From: Torpedo marmorata
Lineage: Eukaryota
Length of the DNA: 64,000 nt
Reading direction: 5' to 3'
Assembly (NCBI GenBank): GCA_977017645.1
Contig: OZ360230.1
Coordinates: 85,498,001 to 85,562,000, forward strand
The translations under genes were made by a program, and so were the position numbers. Within the stretch, counting starts at the first letter, position 1. Each line of letters begins with the position of its first letter. The notes below the pieces were generated by a model. It had not been told where the DNA came from. It saw only the letters and a list, made by a program, of their open reading frames with translations, and did no database searches. Positions 13,377 through 27,466 of this stretch are shown one piece after another.

Positions 13377-14373
13377 CTAAAACAGAATTTCAAAAAGGAG
13401 CTTGTTGAACTGTGGTACATGTTAAAATCAATTCAAACTATGACCAAATCTAAACAAGGCATAGTCCTCAATGGAATTATATTAAACATGCTAGAGTGTA
13501 TTTATGCAAGCGATTGCCAGGAAATTAGTTTACTAGGGTCTGGTTAAACTCCAATTTAAATTAATGTCCAGTTTTCTTCCAGGATTCTCGGACATCGAGG
13601 GACATTGTCGGAGTGGGCTGAGTCAGAGTGGTAAGGCTTTGGCTCAACAGGCTTCGGAGAGAACAGGTAAGAGGCAAGGAATAGTCGGAGTTGAAGTCAG
13701 AAAGGGCCACTCTATTCGAGGAACAAAAAGGATTCAGCAGGTAGACACATTTAAGGGCAGGTTTTTTTGATATCATATATTTTGTTCATCCAGTCATAGA
13801 CAGTGGGAATAGCAGCCAAGGCAGGGGAATGCTCCTCTTGCAAAATGTGGGTCGTCAGGGAAGCCAGCAGTATCCCTGACGACTTCATCTGCGAGAAGTG
13901 CATCCAGCTGCAGCTCCAGACAAGCCGAGTTAAGGAATTGGAGCTGGAGTTTGATGAACTCCGGATCATTCGGGAGGCAGAGGGGGGTGATAGACAGGAG
14001 TTACAGGGACACTATCACACCTGGGAGGCAGGAGGAGAGTAGATGGGTGACAGTTAGGAGAGGGAAAGGGAACAGGTAGGCAGTGCAGGGCACCCCTGTG
14101 GCCGTCCCCCTCAATAACATGTACAGATGCTCCTCGACTTAAGATGGGGTTACATTCCGATAAACCCATCGTAAGTGGAAAAATCGTAAGTCGAAAAAGA
14201 ATTCAATACCGCACCTACCGAACATCATAGCCTACCTTAACCGTGCTCAGAACACTTACCGTAGCCTACAGTTGGGCAAAATCATTAACACAAAGCCTAT
14301 TTTATAATAGTGTTGAATATCTCATGTAATTTATTGAATACTGAAAGAACTTTTGTTCAGCTTAGGCTAGCCC

Positions 14374-14741
14374 TTTTATCTTTTCCGTTTAAAAAAAAAA
14401 AAGATATTTAGTCAAACATGGGTTTATGTGTGATTTTTCACGGAACATGTCAATTAATATGGTGAAAGATACTTTTTTTAAATATAAAGGAATTATTAAT
14501 TTGTCACATTGATTTAGTATTATATTGGGATATATTATGAGCAATGGATTAACCATTAAATATCATAATTTTAGATTTTGACATTTAAAGAAATAACTCA
14601 AACAAACAATTATGGGTATGATTTTGATTTACAGTATGTAAGTGTTACGTGATATATACATGGTAGGATCTGTTCTATGTTATTACTGGATGATTATTAT
14701 GTATTATGATATATATTAAACTCAATAAAAATATTTTTAAA
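14374..14741 (+). mobile_element. AT-rich L1-type 3' UTR fragment
   Basis: 15-bp TSD agcttaggctagccc (14359-14373 and 14742-14756); ends in AATAAA and an A-rich tract. Confidence 0.75.
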
Positions 14742-14780
14742 AGCTTAGGCTAGCCCAGCCCGGGCAAGCCTACCTTAAAT

Positions 14781-17700
14781 AACCATATAACACTTACAGC
14801 ACAGAAACAAGCCAGTTCGGCCCTTCTAGTCCATGCCGAACACCTTATCCCACCTAGTCCCACTGACCCGCACCCGGCCCATAACCCTCCACACCTCTCT
14901 CGTCCATATACCTATCCAACTTTTCCTTAAACATTAAAACTGAACCTGCATCTACCACTTCGGCCAGAAGCTCGTTCCACCCTCCCACCACCCTTTGAGT
15001 GAAGAAATTCCCCCTCATGTTTCCTCTAAACTTTTCCCCCTTCAATCTCAATCCATGCCCTCTTGTTTGAATCTTCCCCACTCTCAATGGAAAAAGCCTG
15101 ACCACGTTGACTCTATCTGTCCCCTTCATAATTTTAAATACCTCTATCAAATCACCCCTCAATCTTCTACGCTCCAGGGAATAAAGTCCCAGCCTGCTCA
15201 ACCTTTCCCTGTAACTCAAACCCAGAAACCCAGGCAACATTCTTGTAAATCTCCTCTGCACTCTCTCTATTCTGTTTATATCCTTCCTATAATTCGGTGA
15301 CCAAAACTGCGCACAACATTCCAAATTTGGCCTCACCAATGCCTTATACAACTTCAACATGACATCCCAACTCCTATATTCAAGACTCTGATTTACGAAG
15401 GCCAACATACCAAATGCTTTCTTCACCACCCTATCTACGTGTGACTCAACTTTCAGGGAATTATGTACCAGAATTCCTAAATCCCTCTGTTCTACTGCAC
15501 TCCTCAATTGTCTTCCATTTAACATGTATGACCTTTGCTGATTAATCCTATCAAAATGTAGCACCTCACATTAATCAGAATTAAACTCCATCTGCCATGT
15601 TTCCGCCCACTCTTCTAACTGTTCTATATCCCCCTGCAAGCTTTGATATCCCTCTTCACTGTCCACAACACCACCAATCTTCGTATCATCTGCATACTTA
15701 CTAATCCAATTTACCACCCTATCATCTCGATCATTAATATATATGACAAACAACAATGGACCCAGTACCGATCCCTGAGGCACTCCACTAGTCACCAGCC
15801 TCCAATTTGACAAACAATTTTCCACCACTACTCTCTGGCATCTCCTAGCCAACCATTGTTGAATCCATTTCACTACTTCAATGTTAATACCTAATGCTTG
15901 AACCTTCCTTATGCGGAACCTTGTCAAATGCCTTACTAAAGTCCACATAGACAACATCCACAGCCTTCCCCTCGTCAACCTTCTTAGTAACCTCATCGAA
16001 AAACTCTGAGATTTGTTAAACACGATCTACCACGAACAAAACCTTGTTGACTACTCCTAATCAATTCTAGTCTTTCCAAATAACTGTATACACCATCTCT
16101 AATAACACTCCATTAATTTACCCACCACCGATGTCAGACTCACAGGCCTATAATTTCCAGGTTTACTTTTGGAGCCCTTCTTAAACAGCGGGATAACATG
16201 AGCTACGTCCAATCCTCCGGCACCTCCCCCGTGGCATTTTAAATATTTCTGTCAGAGCCCCACTATTTGTACACTAACCTCCCTCAGGGTCCTCGGGAAT
16301 ATCATGTCAGGACCTGGAGATTTATCCACCTTTATACTCTTTAAAATAGCCAATACTAACTCCTCATTAATCTTTATATTATCCATGACCTCACTACCAG
16401 ATTTCCTCACTTCACCTAGCTCAATATTCCTTTTCTTTGTAAATACTGAAGAAAAAAATTCATTTAAAATTTCCCCCATCTCCTCTGACTTCTCACATAG
16501 CCTACCTGATCTTCAATGGGCCCAATTTTATCCATCACTATTCTTTTGCTTTTAATATACCTGTAGAAACACTTTGGATTTATTTTTACCTTGCCTGCCA
16601 AAGCAGCCTCATATCTCCTTTTAGCCTTTCTAATTTCTTTCTTAATTTTTTTTTTACACTCCTTATATTCCTCAAGGACCTCATCTATTCCCTGCTGTCT
16701 ATACCTGTTGTACACATCCCTCTTCCTCCGAACCAAATTCCCAATATCCTTTGAAAACCAAGGCTCCCTATATTTTCTAACTCTTCCTTTAATCCTCACA
16801 GGGACGAACCGACTCTGTACTCTCAAAATTTCCCCTTTGAATATCCTCCATTTATCTGAGACATCGTTCCCTGAAAATAAATGATCCCAATCCACACCCT
16901 CTAAATCCTTCCTCATCTCCTCGAAATTTGCCTTATTCCAATCAAGAATCTCAACCTTAGGCCCAGCCCTATCCTTCTCCATTATCAACCTAAAACTAAT
17001 AGTATTATGATCACTCGACCCAAAGTGTTCCCCAACACAAACCTCTGTCACCTGACCTATCTCATTCCCAAATAGGAGATCCAATACTGCCCCCTCTCTA
17101 GTCGGTTCTTCTATATATATTGATTTAGAAAACTTTCCTGAACACATTTGACAAACTCCAACCCATCCAGCCCTATTACAGTATGGGCGTCCCAGTCAAT
17201 GTGTGGAAAGTTAAAATCACCTATAATCACCACCTTATGTTTATTACATATATATTCTATCTCCTTACACTCCCATTAGTGTTTTCATGCCTTTCGCATT
17301 CCTCAATTCCACCCAAATAGCTTCACTGGACGAGCCCTCCAATCTATCCTGCCATAGCACCGCTGTAATGCTTTCTCTAACAAGCAATGTGACTCCTCCA
17401 CCTTTTATCCCCCCCTGTTCTATCACGCCTAAAACAACGGAATCCAGGAATATTTAGCTGCCAATCATGCCCCTCCTGCAACCAAGTTTCACTGATGGCT
17501 ACAATATCATATTTCCATGTATCAATCCATACTCTAAGCTCATCCATCTTTCTTACAATGCTCCTTGCATTGAAATATATACACTTGAGAGAATGTCCCC
17601 CACATACACTTCTTTGATTACCCTCTCCTTCATTAACTTTAACATTCTGGTTCCTCTCTTCCTTCAAATCTAGGTGTTCTTCTACCCTAATCTCCGCATT

Positions 17701-18305
17701 CTCATTCTGATTCCCACCCCCCTGCCAAACTAGTTTAAACCCTCCCCAACAGCTCTCGCAAACCTGCCCGCCAGGATATTGGTCCCCCTCCAGTTCAAGT
17801 GCAGCCCATTCCTTTTGTACAGGTCAGACCTTCCCCAGAAGAGATCCCAATGATCCACAAATGTGAACCCCTGCCCCCAGCACCAACTCTTTAGCTACGC
17901 ATTCTTCCTCCACATCTTCCTTTTCCTACCCTCTCTAGCGCGTGGCACAGGCAGCATTCCAGAGATTACCACCCTCGAGGTCCTGCTTTTTAACTTCCTT
18001 CCTAACTCCTTATATTCTTTCTTCAGGACCTCATCCCCACTTCTTTCTATGTCATTGGTCCCCATGTGGACCACGACATCTGGCTGCTTGCCCTCCCCCT
18101 CCAGAATGCTATGTACTCAATCAGAGACATCCCTGACCCTGGCACCCGGAAGGCAACATACCAACCTGGAGCTCCGATCTCGTCCAGCAAACCTTCTATC
18201 TGTTCCTCTAACCAGCGAGTCCCCAATTACAAAAGCTCTCCTCTTTTCCCCCCTTCCCTTCTGAGCCGAGGGGCCAGCCCCCCTGCCAGAGACCTGATCC
18301 CCGCG
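14781..18305 (-). mobile_element. CR1 LINE (partial ORF1 esterase + ORF2), degenerate
   Basis: ORFs 18117 (VIGDSLVRG), 17377, 16464, 15571 ([12 protein letters not shown]) and 14854. Confidence 0.9.
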
Positions 18306-21300
18306 ACCACTTACCATAGCCTACAGCTGGGCAAATTTATCTAAAACAAAGCCTATTTTATAATTAAATGTTGAATACCTTTTATTTCACACTGAAAAAA
18401 ATAATTTTTAATCATAAAATATAGTGCCAGCCAAAGCATCCATCAGCTGTTGCGCGATAACCAATAACGACAGTCACACCAACACGCGGCGAATTATGAA
18501 ACTACAGTACCAAGTGACTACGTACAGGTATTTTCATTAGAATGCATCTCGCTATCGTACCATCGTAACTTCGAAAAATCTTAAGTCGAATCATAAGTAG
18601 AGGAGCATCTGTATACCATTTTGGATACTGTTGGGTGGGGGGGGGGTGGAAACTACCAGGGACAAGCCACGGAGATCAGGTTTCTGGCACGGAGTCTGGT
18701 CCTGTGGCTAAGAAGGGAAGGGAGGAGAAGAGGCGACAGATAAGAGGTTGTGTGGAAGAGTTGGAGTATCCCGGATGGTATGTTGCCTCCCTGGTGCCAG
18801 GGTCCGAGATATCTCAGATCGAGTTCACGGCATTCTCAGGAGGGAGGGTGAGCAGCCAGATGTTGTGGTCCATGTAGGGACCAATGACGTGGGTAGGAAG
18901 GGTGAGGAGGTCCTGCAAGGAGTCGGAGTTAGGCGCTAGGTTGAAGGACAGGACCTCCAGGGTAGTGATCTCAGGATTGCTACCCGTGCCACGTGCTAGT
19001 GAGGTGAGAAATAGGAGGATAATGCAGCTTAACACGTGGCAAAGACATGGTGCAAGAAGGAGGGATCCAGTTTTCTAGATCATTGGGCTCTCTTCTAGGG
19101 AAGGTGGGACGGACCTGTTCCGACGGGACGGTTTGCATCTGAACTGGAGGGGGACTAATATCCTTGCGGAAAGGTTTGCTAGTGCTGCTCCAGTGGGTTT
19201 AAACTAGAATTGCAGTGGGAGGGGAATCAGAGTGTCAGAGCAGATAGAGGAGTGGAGGAGGGAAAAGATCATTTTAAAATTGCATGCACCGTTAGAAGTC
19301 AACGGGTTGAACGTGGTGGAAATGTTCTCAGGTGCATCTATTTCAATGCAAGGAGTATTGTAGGAAAGGCAGACGAGCTTAGTGCGTGGATTGGCACATG
19401 GAATTATGACATTGTGGCCATTAGTGAAACTTGGTTGCAGGAGGGGCAGGACTGGCAGCTCAATGTTCCGGGCTTCCATTGCTTTAGACGCGATAGAACA
19501 GCCAGGGGGGGGGGGGGCGGTGGTGAAAGGGGGAGGAGTGGCATTGCTCGTCAGGGAAAATATCACAGCTGTGCTCAGGCAGGACAGACCAGAGGGCTCG
19601 TCTACTGAGGCTATATGGGTAGAGCGGAGGAACGGGAAAGGTATGACCACACTCATGGGGTTGTATTATGGACCACCCAATAGTCAGCGAGAATTGGAGG
19701 AGCAAATCTGTAGAGATAGCAGACCGCTGCAGGAAACATAAGGTCGTGATAGTAGGAGATTTTAACTGTCCATATATTGACTGGGACTCCCATACTGTAA
19801 AAGGGCTGGATGGCTTGAAAGTTTTCTAAATCAATATATAGAGGTACCAACTAGAGAGTGCAATATTGGATCTCCTATTAGGGAACGAGACAGGACAGGT
19901 GACAGAAGTATGTGTAGGGGAACATTTTGGGTCCAGTGACCATAATGGCATTAGTTTTACGTTAATTATGGAGAAGGATAGGTCTGGGCCTCAGTTTGAG
20001 ATTCTAAATTGGAGAAAGGCCAATTTTGAGGAAATGAGAAAGGATCTAGAATGCGTGGATTGGGATAAGTTGTTTTTCGTGCAAGGATGTGCGAGGTAAG
20101 TGGAGGACCTTCAAAGGTGAAATTTTGAGAGTATAGTTTGTATGTTCCTGTCAGGATCAAAGGCAAGGTTAGAAGGCATAGGGAACCTTGGTTTTCGAGG
20201 GATATTGGGGATCTGGTTCGGAAGAAGAGAGAGGTGTATAACAGGTATAGGCAACATGGAGCAAATAAGGTACTTGAGGAGTATACAAAATGCAAGAAAA
20301 ACCTCAAGAAAGAAATCAGGAAGGCTAAAAGAAGACATGAGGTTGCTTTGGCAGACAATGTGAAGGAAAATCCTAAGGGTTTCTACATGTATATTAAGAG
20401 CAAAAGGATAGTAAGGGACAAAATCGGTCCCCTTGAATATCAGAGTGGTCGACTTTGAATGGAGCCAAAAGAGATGGGAGAGGTCTTAAATGGTTATTTT
20501 TCATCAGTATTCACTCAGGAAAAGGGCACAGTCGTGGGATGTAAGGAAAACAAGCAGTGAGGTCATGGAACCTATACAGATTAAAGAGGAGGAAGTGCTT
20601 GCTGTCTTAAAGCAAATAAGGATGGATAAATCCCCAGGGCCTGACAACGTATTCCCTCGGATCTTGAGGGAGGCTCGTGTAGAAATTACAGGGGCTCTGG
20701 CAAAAATATTTAAAATGTCCTTCGCCACGGGTGTGGTGCCAGAGGATTGGAGGGTAGCTCACGTTGTTTAAAAAAGGCTCCAAAAGTAACCCCGGAAATT
20801 ATAGGCCGGTGAGCCTGACGTTAGTAGTAGGTAAAATATTGGAAGGTGTTCTAAGAGATCGGATATACAATTATTTGGATAGCCAGGGACTGATTAGGGA
20901 TAGTCAACATGGCTTTGTGAGTGGTAGGTCGTGTTTAACCAATCTTAGAGTTTTTCGAGGAGGTTACCAGGAAAGTTGCTGGTCAGGGAAAATATCACAG
21001 CTGTGCTTAGACACGACAGCCCAGAGGGCTCGTCTACAGAGGCCATATGGGTGGAGCTGAGGAACGGGAAAGGTGTGACTACACTGATAGGGTTGTATTA
21101 TAGACCGCCCAATAGTCAGAGAGAATTAGAGGAGCAAATCTGAAGAGAGATAGCAGACCGATGTAAGAAACAGAAAGTTGTGATAGTAGGAGATTTTAAC
21201 TTTCCACATATTGACTGGGACTCCCATACTATAAAAGGGCTGGATGGCTTGGAGTTTATCAAATGTGTTCAGGAAAGTTTTCTAAATCAATATATAGAGG

Positions 21301-23543
21301 TACCAACGAGAGAGGATGCAATACTGGATGTCCTATTAGGGAACCAGACAGGTCAGGTGACAGAACTATGTGTAGGTGAACATTTTGGGTCCAGTGACCA
21401 TAATGTCATTAGTTTCAAGTTAATTATGGATAAGTATAGGTCTGGTCCTCGAGTTGAGATTCTAAATTGGAGAAATGCCAATTTTGTGGAAATAAGAAAG
21501 GATCTAGGAAGAGTGGATTGGGATAAGTTGTTGTCTGGCAAGGATGTGTTCAGTAAGTGGAAGGCCTTCAAAGGTGAAATTTTGAGAGTGCAGAGTTTGC
21601 ATGTTCCTGTCAGGATTAAAGGCAAAGTTAACAGGCATAGGGAACCTTGGTTTTCAAGGGATATTAGCAATCTGGTAAAGAGGAAGAGAAAGGTGTATAG
21701 CAGGTATAGGCAACAAGGAGCAAATGAGGTACTAGAAGAATATGGAAAATGTAAGAGAATACTTAAGAAGGAAATCAGGAAGGCAAAAAGAAGACATGAG
21801 GTTGCTTTGGCAGATAATGTGAAGGTAAACTCTAAGGGTTTCCACAAGTATGTTAAGATTAAAAGGATAGTAAGGGACAAAATTGGTCCCCTAGAAGATC
21901 ATAGTGGTCATCTATGTGTGGAGCCTCACGAGATGGGGGAGATCTTAAACAGTTTTTTTGCATCAGTATTTACTCAGGAAACTGGCATAGTGTATAAGGA
22001 AGGAAGGGAAACAAGCAGTCGTGGCATGGAACATATAGAGATTAAAGAGGAGGAGGTGCTTGCTGCCTTACAGCGAATAAAGATAGATAAATCCCCCGGG
22101 CCTGACATGATATTCCCTCGGACCTTGAGGGAGACTAGTGTAGAAATTACAGGGGCCCTGGCAGAAATATTTAAAATGTCCTTAGCCACGGGTGAGGTGC
22201 CGGAGGATTGGAGGGTAGCTCATGTTATTCTGTTGTTTAAAAAAGGCTCCAAAAGTAAACCAGGAAATTACAGGCAGGTGAGCCTGACATCAGTCGTGGG
22301 TAAATTATTGGAGGGTGTTCTGAGAGATAGGATATACAAGTATTTGGACAGCCAAGGGCTGACTAAGGATAGTCAGCGTGGCTTTGTGCGTGGTAGGTCG
22401 TGTTTACCAAGAAAGTAGATGAAGGAAAGGCTGTGGATGTTGTCTACATGGACTTTAGTAAGGCCTTTGACAAGGTCCCACATGGGAGGTTAGTTTAGAA
22501 GGTTCAGACACTAGGTATCCATGGAGAGGTTGTAAAATGGATTCAAAATTGGCTGAATGGGAGAAGCCAGAGAGTGGTAGTGGATGATTGCTTCTCAGAC
22601 TGGAGGCCTGTGATTAGTGGTGTGCCTCAGGGATCGGTGTTGGGACCATTGTTGTTTGTTGTCTATATCAATGATCTGGATGATAATGTGGGAAATTGGA
22701 TCAGCAGGTTTGCTGATGACTAAGATTGGAGGCGTTGTGGACAGTGAGGAAGGCTTTCAAAGCTTGCAGAGGGATCTGGACCAACTGGAAAAATGGGCCA
22801 GAAAATGGCAGATGGAATTTAATGCAGACAAGTGTGAGGTGTTGCATTTTGGAAGGACTAACCAAGGTAGGACATACATAGTAAATGGTAGGGCACTGAG
22901 AAGTGCGGAGGAACAAAGGGATCTGGAAATACAGATACATAATTCCCTGGGTTGTAAGAAAGCTTTTGGCATCTTTGCCTTCATAAATCAAAGTATTGAG
23001 TACAGGAGTTGGGATGTTATGGTGAGGTTGTATAAGACATTGGTGAGGCCAAATTTGGAGTATTGTGTGCAGTTCTGGTCAACTAACTACAGGAAGAGAC
23101 AGGAAGGATATCAGTAAGATCGAAAGAGTGCAGAGAAGATTTACTAGGATGTTGCCGGGTCTTCAGGAGTTGAGTTACAGGGAGAGATTAAACAGGTTGG
23201 GACTTTATTCCTTAGAGCATAGAAGAATGAGGGGAGATTTGATAGAGGTTTACAAAATTATGAGGGGAATAGACAGAGTAAATGCGAGTAGGCTCTTTCC
23301 ACTTAGATTAGGAAAGATAAATATGAGAGGACGTGGCTTTAGGGTGAAAGGTTTCGGGGGAACATTAGGGGGAACTTCTTTACTCAGAGAGTGGTGGGAG
23401 TTTAGAACGAGCTGCCATCTGACGTGGTAAATGCGGGCTCACTCTTAAGTTTTAAGAATAAATTGGGTAGATACAAGGATGGGAGTGATCTGGAGGGTTA
23501 TGGAATGGGTGCAGGTCAGTGGGACTCGAGCAATGGGAGGTCA

Positions 23544-23835
23544 GTGGGATTGCTTAAGGTGGTATGTGAGTGGGAATGGAAGGTTGAGAACCACTGCTCT
23601 CGACCCAATTGTTACTGAAATATTTTGCTTGAGAAAAATTGTCATTCGCCCATTTCCTTTGGAGTTATGAAACCGTGCACATAACAAGTCAATTAGGTAC
23701 GATTAAAACAGTGGTTTTCAAACTTTTTCTTTCCATTCACATACCACCTTAAGCAATCCCTTACTAATCACAGAGCACTTATGGCATAGGGATTGCTTAA
23801 GGTGGAATGTGAGTGTAGGGGGCAGTTTGAAAACG
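23544..23835. mobile_element. Composite hAT-like MITE fragment with internal hairpin
   Basis: CAGTGGTT-type ends (gagaaccactg and cagtggttttcaaac); ccaccttaagcaatccct...agggattgcttaaggtgg inverted repeat; second copy at 45540-45720. Confidence 0.65.
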
Positions 23836-24271
23836 AATGGACTGGAGGAATGATGTTACGGCACAGACTAGAAGCGCCAAATGGCCTGTTTTCTATGCTT
23901 CTACAGAAGGAAAGGTTATGGATGTTGTCCACATGGACTTCAGTAAGGCCTTTGACAAGGTACTGCATGGGAGGTTAGTCAGGAGGGTTCAGACGCTAAG
24001 TATTCATGGTGAAGTAGAATTAGAATTTATTGTCATGAACAAGTCATGAAATTCGACAATAGCTGGACGGGAGAAGCCAGAGAGTAATGGTGGATGATTG
24101 CTTCTCAGACTAGAGGCCTGTGACTAGTGGTGTGCCTCAGGGATCGGTGCTGGGACCATTGTTGTTTGTCATCTATATCAATGATCTGGATGATAATGTG
24201 ATAAAAAAACACAAATGCTGGAGAAGCTCAGCAGGTCAAACAGTGTCTTTTATGTAGCAAAGGTAGAAATA

Positions 24272-24312
24272 CATAACCGATGTTTCGGGCTTGAGCCCTT
24301 CATCAAAGTATG
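24272..24312 (-). ncRNA. Minimal hammerhead-ribozyme-like motif in Penelope pLTR (copy A)
   Basis: CAUAC-UUUGAUGA-A-GGGC(UCAA)GCCC-GAAAC-AUC-GGUUAUG. Confidence 0.6.
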
Positions 24313-25535
24313 AGAAAATGCCGGCAGGCGTCCGAACAAAAGAGTGAGGGGGGTGTGGCAAAGGCAGGAGGGGACAGCAGCAAAGATGGGGAGGAGGGAT
24401 GGCTGGGTGGGTGGAAAAAAACTGGAAGGACAGGTAAGGGGGGAGGGGAAGGAAAAGGTGAGCAGGTTTAGTGGAAAGCAGAAAAGTCAATGTTAATGCC
24501 ATCTGGCTGGAGAGTGCCCAGACGGAAAATAAGATGTTGTTCCTCCAATTTGAGGGTAGTCTGGGTGGGATAGTACATAAGGCCATGGACAGACATGTGA
24601 GTGTGGGAGTGTGACTCGGAATTGAAATGGTTGGCTAATGGGAAGTCGCTGTTGTTGCTGACGGAGAGGAGGTGCTCAGCGAAGCGATCTCCCAATCTAC
24701 GACCGGTCTCTCCGATGTAGAGAATGCCACAAAGGGAGCTCTGGATGTACAAGTGAAGTGTTGCTTCACTTGGAAGGCCTGTTTGGGGCCCCGGACCGTG
24801 GTGAGGGGGGGAGGTGTGGGCGCAAGTGTTGCACCTCCTGCGGGCACAGGGGAAGGTGCCGGGGGTGCGATGGGTGGGGAGGGATGAGTGCACGAGGGAA
24901 TCGCGGAGGGAACGGTCCCTGCGGAAGGCAAAGAGGGGAGGAGAAGGAAAAATGTTTCTGGTGGTGGGATCCTGTAATAAGTGCCGGAAATTCCGGAGGA
25001 TAATGTGTTGGATGCAGAGGCTGCTGGGGTGGTAGGTGAGGATGAGGGGAATTCTATGTTTGTTGCGTATGGGGGCAGAGGGGGCCAGGGCAGATGAGCG
25101 GGAAATGGAGGAGATGCGGGTGAGGGCTGAGTTTATGATGGTGGAGGGGAAGCCACGTTTGAGGAAGAAAGCAGACATTTCAGAAGATCTGGACTGGAAG
25201 ACGTCATCTTGGGAACAGATGCGGCGGAGACGGAGAAATTGAGAGAGGCAGGCGTAGCTGGGACCCATGTGGGTACCCATGGCTACACCTTTGATTTGGA
25301 GGAAGTAGGATGAGTTAAAGTAGAAGTTATTGAGAGTGAGGACAAGTTCTGCCAGGCGGAGGAGGGTGGTGGTAGAGGGTGACTGGTCGGGTCGGGTCTC
25401 TGGTCCAGGAAGAAGCAAAGTGCTTTCAGACCTTCTGTGTGGGGGATAGAGGTATAAAGGGAAAAGTAAAAAACACAAATGCTGGAGAAACTCAGCAGGT
25501 CAAACAGTGTCTTTTATGTAGCAAAGGTAGAAATA

Positions 25536-25576
25536 CATAACCGATGTTTCGGGCTTGAGCCCTTCATCAAAGTATG
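25536..25576 (-). ncRNA. Minimal hammerhead-ribozyme-like motif (copy B)
   Basis: Same core and stems as copy A. Confidence 0.6.
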
Positions 25577-27466
25577 GGAAAATGCCGGTAGGCGTTGAAC
25601 AAAAGAGTGAGGGGGAAGGGGGATGGCAAAGGCAGGAGATGATAGGTGGAGAAAGGAGGGAGGGGACATCAGCAAAGAGGGGAAGGAGGGATGGCTAGGT
25701 AGCTGGAGAAAAACAGGAAGGACAGGTGAGGGGGGAGGGGAAGGGAACGACAAGCAGGTTTAGTGGAAAGCAGAAAAGTCAATGTTAATGCCATCTGGCT
25801 GGAGAGTGCCAAGACGGAATATGAGATGTTGTTCCTCCAATTTGCGGGTAGTCTGGGTGGGATAGTACATGAGGCCATGGACAGACATGTGAGTGTGGGA
25901 GTGTGACCCGGAATTGAAATGGTTGGCTACTGGGAGGTCGCTGTTGTTGCGGACGGAGAGGAGGTGCGCAGCAAAGCGGTCTCCCAATCTACGACCGGTC
26001 TCTCCAATGTAGAGAAAGCCACAAAGGGAGCACCGGATGCAGTAAATAAGTTCTCTGGATGTACAATTGAAGTGTAGTTTCACTTGGAAGGCCTGTTTGG
26101 GGCCCTGGACCGTGGTGAGGGGGAGGTGTGGGCGCAGGTGTTGCACCTCCTGCGGGCACAGGGGAAGGTGCCGGGGGTGCGATGGGTGGGGAGGGATGAG
26201 TGCACGAGTGAATCGCGGAGGGAGCGGTCCCTATGGAAGGCCGAGAGGGGAGGAGAAGGAAAAATGTGTCTGGTGGTGGGATCCTGTAGTAAGTGCCGGA
26301 AATTCCGGCGGATAATGTGTTGGATGCGGAGGCTGGTGGGGTGGTAGGTGAGGATGAGGGGGATTCTATGTTTGTTGCATCTGGGGGCAGAGGGGGCCAG
26401 GGCAGATGAGCGTATAAAGGTATAAAGGGATTGGACATCCATAGTGAAGATGATGCAGTCCGTTTCAGGGAATCTGAAGTCATTGAGAGAGATGGAGGGC
26501 ATGTGTGGTGTCGCGGATGTAGGTGAGGAGGGATTGGATCAGGGTTCCAGATAGTTGTGGGAGTTGGAGGGTTTGTCGTAAATGTCAACTCAGCCCTCAC
26601 CCGCATCTCCTCCATTTCCTGCTCATCTGCTCTGGCCCCGTGCCCCCAGACGCAACAAACATAGAATCCCCCTCATCCTCACCTACCACCCCACCAGCCT
26701 CCGCATCCAACACATTATCCGCCAGAATTTCCGGCACTTACTACAGGATCCCACCAGCAGACACATTTTTCCTTCTCCTCCCCTCTCGGCCTTCCGCAGG
26801 GACCGCTCCCTCCGCGATTCCCTCGTGCACTCATCCCTCCCCACCCATCGCACCCCCGGCACCTTCCCCTGTGCCCACAGGAGGTGTAACACTTGCACCC
26901 ACACCTACCCCCCTCACCACGGTCCGGGGCCCCAAACAGGCAGTCCAAGTGAAGCAACACTTCACTTGTACATCCAGAGAACTTATTTACTGCATTCGGT
27001 GCTCCCTTTGTGGCTTTCTCTACATCAGAGAGACCGGTCGTAGATTGGGAGATCGCTTCGCTGAGCACCTCCTCTCTGTCCGCAACAACAACGACCTCCC
27101 AGTAGCCAACCATTTAAATTCCGAGTCACTCTCCCACACTCACATGTCTGTCCATGGCCTTATGTACTATCCCACCCAGACTACCCGCAAATTGCAGGAA
27201 CAACATCTTATATTCCGTCTGGGCACTCTCCAGCCAGATGGCATTAACATTGACTTTTCTGCTTTCCACTAAACCTGCTTGTCGTTCCCTTCCCCTCCCC
27301 CCTCACCTGTCCTTCCAGTTTTTTCCACCCACCCAGCCATCCCTCCTCCCCCTCTTTGCTGCTGTCCCCTCCCTCCTTTCTCCACCTATCATCTCCTGCT
27401 TTTGCCACCCCCCCCCCCCCAACTTCCCCCCTCACTCTTTTGTTCGGACGCCTACTGGCATTTTCT

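Larger units (their letters stand above)
14124..18611. mobile_element. Tigger/pogo-type non-autonomous DNA transposon (Tigger3/MER7-like) containing nested LINEs
   Basis: TIRs cagatgctcctcgactta and taagtagaggagcatctg; TA TSD on both sides; host CR1 is rejoined as aacatgTA|taccattttgg. Confidence 0.88.
13590..23530 (+). mobile_element. CR1 LINE (ORF1 Zn-finger + SGNH esterase, ORF2 APE-RT), degenerate, interrupted at 14123/18612, with a duplicated ORF2 segment
   Basis: ORF 13803 has CSSC..CEKC; CCLPGARV and HVGTND motifs; ISETWL, GDFN and SDH; ORFs 21180, 22617 and 23065. Confidence 0.88.
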
